From assembly GCA_964423515.1 (NCBI GenBank), contig CAYRFL010000007.1:1448-65447 (forward strand): DNA of 64,000 nt, in the 5' to 3' direction. Shown here piece by piece: positions 36,022 to 43,792 of this stretch. The translations under genes and the position numbers were made by a program. The notes beneath the pieces were generated by a model. That model saw nothing but the letters and a program-made list of their open reading frames with translations, was not told the origin of the DNA and searched no databases. How positions within the stretch are numbered: position 1 is the stretch's first letter; each line of letters opens with the position of its first letter. Source of the DNA: an uncultured archaeon. GTDB lineage: Archaea; Thermoplasmatota; Penumbrarchaeia; JASLWR01.

Positions 36022-36904
36022 ATACAGCAGCATCAAGACCTACCTGAGGGACCTAAAGAGGCACCTCAAGGGGGCGGACCCGGCCCTCACCGCCGATGCC
36101 CTGGACGATGCGGAGGAGCATCTCGGTGAAATGGTGAGCGCCCTCCTTTCCAGCGGGGAGTGCGGTACGAGGGAGTCAGCGCTGTCCACCGCAGTGGAGC
36201 AGTACGGCTCTCCCAGGGCGATAGCGGTGGAATACCTCCGCCGGGACGAGAGCAACAAGAAAAAAAGGAGCCGGAAGCGCGAAAGCAGGGAGAGCAAATC
36301 GCTCATCCGCAGGATCACGGGCGTATATGCGGAAGGAAGGACGTACAAGAACATGCTGTATCTATTCCTTATGTTCCCCCTGGGGATCCTATATTTCGTC
36401 TATATCATTACCGGTTTTTCTGTCAGCATGGGCCTTCTGGTGACCTTCATTGGAATACCCCTTCTGATACTGTTCCTCCTGAGCTTCGGGGGCATCGCCT
36501 GGTTCCAGGGAAGGCTCACCGAGGTGCTTCTGGGCATACGGATGCCTCGCAAGAGAAGAAAGTTCAGGGCCAAGGGAACGCTATGGACGAGGTTAAAGCT
36601 GAGTTTCAAGAATCCACGCCTGTACTCGTCAATGCTCTACCTGTTTCTGATGTTTCCCCTTGGGATCATCTACTTCGTGATGACCATAACGATGATATCC
36701 ACCTCCATAGCGCTGGTGCTATCTCCAATAGCATATCTGTTACGGGAGAGCCTTGACCTGCCGGGAGGCATGCCGGGCCCTCTGTGGTTCCAGCTCGTGA
36801 CCATGCTGGTGGGGCTCATCATGCTGACCTGGTCGCTGCACCTGGTCAACCTACTTGCGCGGCTGCACGGGAAGATGTCCAAGAAGCTGCTACTGAGGAG
36901 ATAG
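36014..36904 (+). CDS. DUF1700/HAAS-domain membrane protein with duplicated 2-TM sensor module (PadR partner)
   Basis: N-terminus YLRDLKRHLKG..ADALDDAEEHLGEMV...EQYGSPRAIAVEYL. The block MLYLFLMFPLGI[LI]YFV occurs twice. The gene overlaps the padR stop by 8 nt. Confidence 0.75.
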   Translation: MDRYSSIKTYLRDLKRHLKGADPALTADALDDAEEHLGEMVSALLSSGECGTRESALSTAVEQYGSPRAIAVEYLRRDESNKKKRSRKRESRESKSLIRRITGVYAEGRTYKNMLYLFLMFPLGILYFVYIITGFSVSMGLLVTFIGIPLLILFLLSFGGIAWFQGRLTEVLLGIRMPRKRRKFRAKGTLWTRLKLSFKNPRLYSSMLYLFLMFPLGIIYFVMTITMISTSIALVLSPIAYLLRESLDLPGGMPGPLWFQLVTMLVGLIMLTWSLHLVNLLARLHGKMSKKLLLRR

Positions 36905-36934
36905 GTTCGACCAAACCGATGAATCGACGAGAGG

Positions 36935-38011
36935 TTGCCCTCCATGACGGCAGACAATGAATACACGGGAATGCTGGATGAATCCATACTGAGCTTGTTC
37001 AGGAGAACACTGAGGTTCGCCGGCAGCCCCGCTCTACTCCGCTTCCTGATAACCACTGCGGCAAACCAGAAGAAGGCCTCGAAGAGAAGGGCAAAATGGG
37101 GCAAGAATGGGTTACGCGTGCCCCCCTTCATGATAGCGAGCATCACCCGGAAATGCAATCTCCACTGCAAGGGGTGCTATTCACGGATACTGAACAGCAC
37201 TGAAAAGGAAGAGATGACCACGGACGATTTCAGGAGATTGTTCGAAGAGGCCGGGGAGCTGGGGATATCCATCATACTTCTGGCCGGAGGTGAGCCCTTC
37301 ATTCGCCCCGACGTCATAGAGATGGCCGGGAAGTTTACCGATATCATCTTCCCCGTGTTCACCAATGGTTTACTTTTAGATGACCGGATGCTTGACAGTA
37401 TCAAGGGAAAGAGGAATATCATACCGGTGCTCAGCCTGGAAGGTGGGCGAAAAGAAACGGACGGCCGCAGGGGTTTGGGCGTTCACGGGGCGATTTCGGA
37501 AGTCATGGCCAGGCTGGAGGACAGGAAAAAAATATACGGCGTATCCATCACGGTCACCACATCCAACCTCGCGGACGTAACCGATCCGGGATTCATCGGG
37601 GAACTGGCGGACGGGAAGTGCAGGTTGTTCTTCTTCGTCGAGTATATACCGGTAAAGGAAGGGACCGAGCACCTGGAGATAGGCGCATCCGACCGAAAAA
37701 TGCTTCTCTCGGCCCTGGAGGCACTGGAGGATCGCCATCCTTCCCTTTTCATCGCGTTTCCGGGTGACGAGGAGAGATTCGGCGGCTGCCTTTCGTCGGG
37801 GCGGGGATTCGTTCACGTCAGCCCGTCGGGGGATCTGGAGCCGTGCCCCTTCGCTCCCTATTCGGACCGCAACATCAGGGAAATGGCCCTCAAGGATGCC
37901 CTGCGCTCTGCGCTCCTCGGCACGATACGCTGCAGTCGCGAGAGATTGAACGAGGTGGAAGGAGGATGTGCGCTCTGGAAAGAGCGTGCATGGGTTCGTT
38001 CGCTGCTCTAG
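36935..38011 (+). CDS. radical SAM protein with C-terminal Cys-containing (twitch/SPASM-like) region
   Basis: CNLHCKGC (CX3CX2C), LLAGGEPF, and C-terminal GGCLSSGRGFVHVSPSGDLEPCPFAP. Paralogous in layout to 56898..58376. Stop codon is TAG. Confidence 0.85.
   Translation: MPSMTADNEYTGMLDESILSLFRRTLRFAGSPALLRFLITTAANQKKASKRRAKWGKNGLRVPPFMIASITRKCNLHCKGCYSRILNSTEKEEMTTDDFRRLFEEAGELGISIILLAGGEPFIRPDVIEMAGKFTDIIFPVFTNGLLLDDRMLDSIKGKRNIIPVLSLEGGRKETDGRRGLGVHGAISEVMARLEDRKKIYGVSITVTTSNLADVTDPGFIGELADGKCRLFFFVEYIPVKEGTEHLEIGASDRKMLLSALEALEDRHPSLFIAFPGDEERFGGCLSSGRGFVHVSPSGDLEPCPFAPYSDRNIREMALKDALRSALLGTIRCSRERLNEVEGGCALWKERAWVRSLL
37961..38005 (+). repeat. direct repeat, left copy (last codons of the radical SAM gene)
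   Basis: 37970..38005 is identical over 36 nt to 43690..43725 (GCGCTCTGGAAAGAGCGTGCATGGGTTCGTTCGCTG). GGAGGATG lies just upstream in both copies. Confidence 0.9.
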
Positions 38012-38152
38012 CCCGGGTCGGGAATTGGACAAGTTCTATCTTTATTTAGATAGGTTCGGAGCTCGAGGATTCGATCAGTCGCGGGATTTGCTGGCATTAT
38101 TCAAGACAGTATCTCTCGAGACGCGGAACGATAAAGGTTAGATGATGCAATA

Positions 38153-40711
38153 CTACAACCTTGGATCGACCGCTTCGCTCTCCATGGCCAATACGGCAAA
38201 TACGCATTCATGGATTTGTTTTAAGGGTCGTTTTTCAATGAAGCGTTCGAGAGCTTCAATTCCAAGAACGAACTCATTGATGGCCAGCTTCCGCTTCTTT
38301 CTCAAGAAGCGTTTCTTCAAACGTTTTAAATTATTTGTATCCGTATAATCCGGGCCATATATTATTCGAAGGTATTCCCGCCCCCGACATTTGATGGCAG
38401 GCTGAATTAGATTCCCCTTGTTTCGAGTCTTATATTCTATAGGTTTAATAACCATACCTTCCCCCCCTGCCTCTGTCAATTCTGTCCACCATTTGACTGT
38501 ATCTCCAATACTGTCTTCGTCGTCGAGGTCTGTGATGTGATACGGAGTTTCTTTGAATAAGGAGGGATCCGATTTTACTATCTTGCCAATGTGTTCCATA
38601 TGCCAGATGTGGTTTTTATCGGTGTGGACTTTACCCTCTGTTGCCATGATATGGAACGGAGCCAACTTGATACCGTTCAATCCCTTGACTGAAGTGCAAT
38701 AATGATGATAGGTGGAAATATATTTCTTGATATTATTATGCTTCTTTTGAAAGGTTCTTTCAATTTTATCGATATCAAGTCCCCTCTCACTGCCCTTGTG
38801 AAGGAGGGGCATTATCTCCGACAAAGAATAATCTCCAGTGGTCCCAGTGGCCGCGTATTGGTCAATTATCAGATTATTTGCCTTCAATGACCAGGGCATG
38901 AGTTCGCAATCCAAACAAACCCAGTCGGTTTCGAACTTTTCCCAGAAACCCAGAGAGGTTAACACTGCCCCAATCCTTTGGAGAAACTCGTTTTCCAGCT
39001 CTTTTTCATCGAAGAAACGTCTGCCGGTACGGGTATAGCATATTCCAATTTCGTCGCCAAGAATCCCGAATCGGGTTCGGGATACCTCGGCATCTTTGCA
39101 TACGATGACTATTGTCCTTGAACCCATGTGTTTCTCTTCGCAAATGACCTTCCGGATTCCCTTCTTTTTGTAGTACTTTAGAGCCTCATCAGGGTGTTCC
39201 AAATATTCATCAAGATCGGTGGTATCCGGGGGTGACATCGTCGGTGGAAGGTATATCAGCCACTTTGGATTAACAGCATAGCGAGTCATTACCTCAAGTG
39301 CGGCAATGGAGTTCTCTTCCTGAACGATTACCTTTTTTTTGTACCTAGTATGAACGATAATCTTTCCGGACACGTCCGAGAGATCCAACACATCATCATG
39401 CTCCTGCTGTAAAGACAACAGGGGTTTTACTTCCACCAGCGGTTTAATTGGCATATAGTATACCCGCTTTGCCGAAACAGATACAACATCATTCTCAGGG
39501 TATCTCAATGCAGTTAATTTTCCACCAAAAACACAACCTGTATCGATATTGATGGTATTGTTCAACCATTCCGGTTCAGGGACTGGTGTGTGGCCGTATA
39601 CAACAATTGCCTTACCTTTGTATTCCGAAGCCCAGCTGTACCTAACCGGCAGCCCATAATCGTCGATTTCCCCGGTGGTTTCACCGAACAGGCAAAATGA
39701 CCTCACGGCTGCCGAGCCGCGTCCTTGCATATCCTCCCTCAGTCCAGCATGTGCTACGACAAGGTTCCCACCGTCAAAAACGCTATGGCTTACCAGATTT
39801 CCAATGAACACCAGGATTGCATCCTTGACAGATGCATCTATACCTTTTAGTTCTTCAAGTGTCTCCGCCAGGCCATAATCCGTTTTCACCCTATGTCCTT
39901 TCAAAGTCCTTTGCAGTTTTATGTCATGATTTCCCGGAACACAAAAGGCGATTCCACTGTTTACCATCCACATGACCAACCTTAGGACAGTCAGTGAAGA
40001 GGGACCTCTGTCAACCAGGTCTCCAAGGAATATGACCCTACGACCGCCTGGATGACTTATTCCTTTTAAATCTCCATGGTGTGTGAACTCAAGGATATAC
40101 CCTAACTTGTCCAGTAATTCGATCAATTCGGTATGGCATCCGTGGATGTCACCTATGATATCGAATGGAGGCCTTTCATGCTTTTTATTGTTGAAAAGGG
40201 GTTCAAGGATGATCTTGACGTTTTCAATATCATCGGGTTCCAGAATGAAGCGATGTCGAAAACCCTCCCTCTTTATCTGTTTCAGAGATCTCTTGAAATC
40301 ATGAAATTGATTTGAAATAAAGTGTGAGCCAAAATCTCTATCGTCGCGGTCTTTATGCCGTTGTTTCAACGTTGATTCGGGAACGTTGAATCCGATGATA
40401 ACAGGAAAAAAATGATAATCTTTGGCCAATATGACCAATGTCTTTCTTGATGAGGGTTTAACGTTTGTAGCATCGATTACAGTTAATTTACCTCGTTTCA
40501 ATCTCTTTGCCGCAAGAAAATGGAGCAGATCAAACGCATCAGCAGTCGCTTCCATCGAATTTTCATCGTCCGACACCAAGGCCCGGCATCTATCGGATGA
40601 TATTATCTCGGTTTCCTTGAAATGGGTGTGTGCAAAATGGGTTTTTCCCGAACTGCTCGGGCCCATCAATAGGATGAATGAAAGTTCCGGTATCCTGATA
40701 TCCATGTTCAA
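38153..40711 (-). CDS. pnkp: polynucleotide kinase-phosphatase Pnkp (kinase + metallophosphatase + ligase-like adenylyltransferase)
   Basis: P-loop GPSSSGKTHF. Calcineurin-type motifs GDIHGC, GDLVDRGP and GNHD. Ligase motif-I-like EEKHMGSR. 852 aa, with a 4-nt overlap with hen1. Confidence 0.85.
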   Translation of the reverse strand: MNMDIRIPELSFILLMGPSSSGKTHFAHTHFKETEIISSDRCRALVSDDENSMEATADAFDLLHFLAAKRLKRGKLTVIDATNVKPSSRKTLVILAKDYHFFPVIIGFNVPESTLKQRHKDRDDRDFGSHFISNQFHDFKRSLKQIKREGFRHRFILEPDDIENVKIILEPLFNNKKHERPPFDIIGDIHGCHTELIELLDKLGYILEFTHHGDLKGISHPGGRRVIFLGDLVDRGPSSLTVLRLVMWMVNSGIAFCVPGNHDIKLQRTLKGHRVKTDYGLAETLEELKGIDASVKDAILVFIGNLVSHSVFDGGNLVVAHAGLREDMQGRGSAAVRSFCLFGETTGEIDDYGLPVRYSWASEYKGKAIVVYGHTPVPEPEWLNNTINIDTGCVFGGKLTALRYPENDVVSVSAKRVYYMPIKPLVEVKPLLSLQQEHDDVLDLSDVSGKIIVHTRYKKKVIVQEENSIAALEVMTRYAVNPKWLIYLPPTMSPPDTTDLDEYLEHPDEALKYYKKKGIRKVICEEKHMGSRTIVIVCKDAEVSRTRFGILGDEIGICYTRTGRRFFDEKELENEFLQRIGAVLTSLGFWEKFETDWVCLDCELMPWSLKANNLIIDQYAATGTTGDYSLSEIMPLLHKGSERGLDIDKIERTFQKKHNNIKKYISTYHHYCTSVKGLNGIKLAPFHIMATEGKVHTDKNHIWHMEHIGKIVKSDPSLFKETPYHITDLDDEDSIGDTVKWWTELTEAGGEGMVIKPIEYKTRNKGNLIQPAIKCRGREYLRIIYGPDYTDTNNLKRLKKRFLRKKRKLAINEFVLGIEALERFIEKRPLKQIHECVFAVLAMESEAVDPRL

Positions 40712-42189
40712 TCATCCTCCCGGGATTTGTGTTTGAACACCGCCATCTGGGTGGGAGATCCGAATTCGGAATGAACATCGCCTATTGATTGGAGCGTTAC
40801 AGAGTAATCATAATCGGAACCGACCCGTTCCACCCATGAAGTGAATTGATCTCTTGACCATTCGAAACGATGGTCAGGATGACGGTACTCCGAAGGATTT
40901 TCTAATCCATAGACCGGATTGTACTCTCTATTGGGCGTTGTCAAGATCACATTGACAGGTCTGGCGAATTTGAAAACCACCTTCTCAAGATCGATGAGCC
41001 GATCCGGGTCAATGTGCTCGATCACCTCAAGAATCACAGCGATATCGGATCCCTTTAACCGTTCATCGCGATAGAGGAGTGACCCATGAATAAAATCTAT
41101 TCTCGCCTTCATCTTTGGCGACATCTCGTCCATGTACAGTCGGGCCTTTGCGCGTTGTAAGGATCGATACGATACATCCATACCAATTATTTTAGGAAAT
41201 CTGCTATATTTCAACCTTAGTTCAATAAGTCTGCCATCGCCACAACCCAGGTCAAGAACTTTTTTCCCACCCAATTGCCTTAGCGTTTCCATTACTGCTC
41301 GGTATCTCTGCTGATTCAGGTTCTCGGTGATGTTCGATTTTACTGGATTTGAGCTCACTTCATCATTATGATTTTGATTCTCATCCGCCAGTAATCGATC
41401 TAAGGCCATCTGCGTAAGGGTTCTGATATGTTTTAGAAAATACTTGGTAATGACCTCGACCTCCGGATGAGCGGGGAGCCAATCGGAACCTTTCTCCAAT
41501 AAAACGTCCACATTCTGCTTGGATATCCAGTAATGTCTTTGTCTGTCGAAGACAGGTATCAATATATGAAGCTGAGAGAGGAGATCTTTTAGGAGAATTT
41601 TGTTTGTCAATGCTATCGAGTAATAGTCGCTATCCCCCCATTCAGGATTTATCGGGTCGACAGGCAACCGATGTATATCCAGGTCGTATCCAAGCGGTTC
41701 GAACATTCGTCTGATGAATTCCTCTCCGCCTTTAACATTGATTGGAGATAATTTACATCGAAGGGGCATTTCGATATCTGTAAGTTCCGGCCTCGCTTTA
41801 CAATTACCATTCATTGCAGTTCCATATACTTTCGAAATGGCACTGCTCATGAAGGACGAAGCCACATATGGCCTGTCATTGACATAATGTTTCAGCAAGG
41901 AGTAATCGACCGGGATTCTCAGAACCCTGACAAGATCGATATTGTTGATGTCGATCAGTAGCGTCGCCGTGCATCTTTCTTCTGTGGCTTCGGGGTAAAA
42001 GACCACTGCTTTTCCCCCAGAGATATTGAATGACTGCACCTTGTCAGGATGCTTGTGCAGTAGATAACCCAAATCGGTTGCCGGTGAATGTGTTGTCGTG
42101 ATAGTTAACTCCAATCTACCTAACTCCAATTCCATAAAACCAATTACTGTAAAAGACAATAGGGCGAGCGATTTTAAATATTGTGTCAA
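40708..42189 (-). CDS. hen1: 3'-terminal RNA ribose 2'-O-methyltransferase Hen1 (bacterial type, with N-terminal ligase-activating domain)
   Basis: SAM motif VLDLGCGDGRL and metal/active-site motifs ILEVIEHID and HPDHRFEWSRDQF. 493 aa. Lies immediately upstream of pnkp and is coupled to it. Confidence 0.85.
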   Translation of the reverse strand: MTQYLKSLALLSFTVIGFMELELGRLELTITTTHSPATDLGYLLHKHPDKVQSFNISGGKAVVFYPEATEERCTATLLIDINNIDLVRVLRIPVDYSLLKHYVNDRPYVASSFMSSAISKVYGTAMNGNCKARPELTDIEMPLRCKLSPINVKGGEEFIRRMFEPLGYDLDIHRLPVDPINPEWGDSDYYSIALTNKILLKDLLSQLHILIPVFDRQRHYWISKQNVDVLLEKGSDWLPAHPEVEVITKYFLKHIRTLTQMALDRLLADENQNHNDEVSSNPVKSNITENLNQQRYRAVMETLRQLGGKKVLDLGCGDGRLIELRLKYSRFPKIIGMDVSYRSLQRAKARLYMDEMSPKMKARIDFIHGSLLYRDERLKGSDIAVILEVIEHIDPDRLIDLEKVVFKFARPVNVILTTPNREYNPVYGLENPSEYRHPDHRFEWSRDQFTSWVERVGSDYDYSVTLQSIGDVHSEFGSPTQMAVFKHKSREDD

Positions 42190-42308
42190 TAAGCTCGAGA
42201 ATCGTGAACAACATGTTACCCTAACGTTTTGGTTTAACAGTACAACAAATATGCAAATTTATACAAGATGTGGAAATCGGATTAAACACCACATTTAAAT
42301 CAGAGATT

Positions 42309-43541
42309 TCACAACAAGACCGCTGGCAGGGAGAGTACTGGCGTTTCCTTCACCATTTTCCTTTCGAAAACATCGTAATTCACGAACAATCCAAAGGGAG
42401 GATCATAGGTACTGACGAAGGATCTGAAAGCTTGTGTCAGCCTTGGCGTCGCCTTTATCTCGATGGGAATTCCATCGAGTATTAGATCCACCTCCGCTTT
42501 CGCTTTAGTCCTCCAGTAATTGATCTTTCCACCTCTCAAGAGAAGCTGGGTGAAAACGTGGTTCTCGAGGAGAAAACCCTTTTCCCTGTGGAATCTGAAA
42601 TCACCTACAAGAGCGTTCCTTAAACCGTTGTCCAGAAAACATACCTTTGGCATCTTCCTTATCTCGGTTGACAGGTTCTTGTAGAATGGTCTGATACGAC
42701 GAATTATGAAGCTGTTTTCCAGTATATTTATTATCTCTGCAACCTTCATTTTATCGATCTTCAGATGATTGGATATTCTATTCTCATTTAGCATCTTTCC
42801 GCTATGAAATGCTAAGTACTGCAGTATCCTTAAAGCGCTGTCGCGGAAGGCCTGGCCGTACATCTTCAATATGTCTTTTTCTATGTACAGCGTGATCAGC
42901 TGCCTTAAAAGCAACTCTTTCTTGCTCAAGTCCTCCAAAAGCACTATCCTAGGGAAACCTCCATACGTCATGTATTCTTCTAGCATCTCGTTAAGATCAC
43001 CTATGACCATGGTATTCTTCAGTTCGTAATCCGGCGAGAAATCGAACTTGACCCTCTCACGCTGACTTGAGAGACCGGGATTCCTTGCTCTAAGGAACTC
43101 CGAGAACGAGAAGGGTTGGAGTTCGAAATATACCACTCTACCGACGAGGGATGCGCCAAGCCCCCTTACGTCAAGGGAACTGCTCCCCGTGATGATGAAT
43201 TTGACCCTTTCGCCGTACCTATCGAACAATACCTTCAGGCGGCTACCTGCCTTCTCTATGTACTGAACCTCGTCAAGTAGAAAGAGATATCTTTCGCCAT
43301 CGATAAGAAATCTGTCGATATATCTTTTCGGATTCCGCTGGAATTCAAGCCTTTCCATTTCATCATCGAAGTCCCTATATATCAGGTGGTTAGGAGAATA
43401 TTTCCCGTCTCGCATCAAAACATCTGCAAGATGCTTAATAAGGGTCGTCTTTCCACACTGTCGGGGCCCGATAACGGCGATAATCTCTCTCTCGTCGAGC
43501 CAGTGTTTGATTGTATTTTCGAGCTTCCGGCTTACGTACAT
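42309..43541 (-). CDS. AAA-family ATPase with DUF4143-type C-terminal domain
   Basis: Walker A IGPRQCGKTTL and Walker B LFLLDEVQY. The C-terminal region GKINYWRTKAKAEVDLI is typical of the AAA_14/DUF4143 family. Confidence 0.85.
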   Translation of the reverse strand: MYVSRKLENTIKHWLDEREIIAVIGPRQCGKTTLIKHLADVLMRDGKYSPNHLIYRDFDDEMERLEFQRNPKRYIDRFLIDGERYLFLLDEVQYIEKAGSRLKVLFDRYGERVKFIITGSSSLDVRGLGASLVGRVVYFELQPFSFSEFLRARNPGLSSQRERVKFDFSPDYELKNTMVIGDLNEMLEEYMTYGGFPRIVLLEDLSKKELLLRQLITLYIEKDILKMYGQAFRDSALRILQYLAFHSGKMLNENRISNHLKIDKMKVAEIINILENSFIIRRIRPFYKNLSTEIRKMPKVCFLDNGLRNALVGDFRFHREKGFLLENHVFTQLLLRGGKINYWRTKAKAEVDLILDGIPIEIKATPRLTQAFRSFVSTYDPPFGLFVNYDVFERKMVKETPVLSLPAVLL

Positions 43542-43641
43542 TATTTCATTTAATGCTACGAAAGTATATCTCTCTTTCGTTTAAATCCTACTCTTTTACA
43601 AATTTTACATAAAAAAGTAGTTGTCTTTCGGTCCATGTTAA

Positions 43642-43734
43642 TCTCCGGGAAACATAGGGGAAGGGCTTCGCGGGCTGGAGGATGGCTGCGCGCTCTGGAA
43701 AGAGCGTGCATGGGTTCGTTCGCTGGTTCACTGA
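43642..43734 (+). pseudogene. orphan 3' fragment of a radical SAM gene (right direct repeat)
   Basis: Translates ..GEGLRGLEDGCALWKERAWVRSLVH*, compared with the intact gene end ..RERLNEVEGGCALWKERAWVRSLL*. A stop codon lies at 43639, so there is no upstream coding body. Confidence 0.5.
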
Positions 43735-43792
43735 GAGGATGATGGTGTCTTTCGGGTCTTTCCGTATATACGCATCCCGTGTGTAATTGTAC

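Larger units (their letters stand above)
38006..43689. mobile_element. AT-rich genomic island (pnkp-hen1-AAA ATPase) bounded by direct repeats; no integrase seen
   Basis: Visibly lower GC than the flanks. Bounded by the 36-nt perfect direct repeat, whose right copy is a decayed 3' gene fragment. The cargo is typical of bacteria. Confidence 0.5.

Noticed and set aside
38006-43689. Integrase or transposase that would explain island mobility.
   Set aside because: None of the three island ORFs, nor the small intergenic ORFs, shows tyrosine/serine recombinase or DDE motifs. The island is therefore called only on composition and direct repeats.
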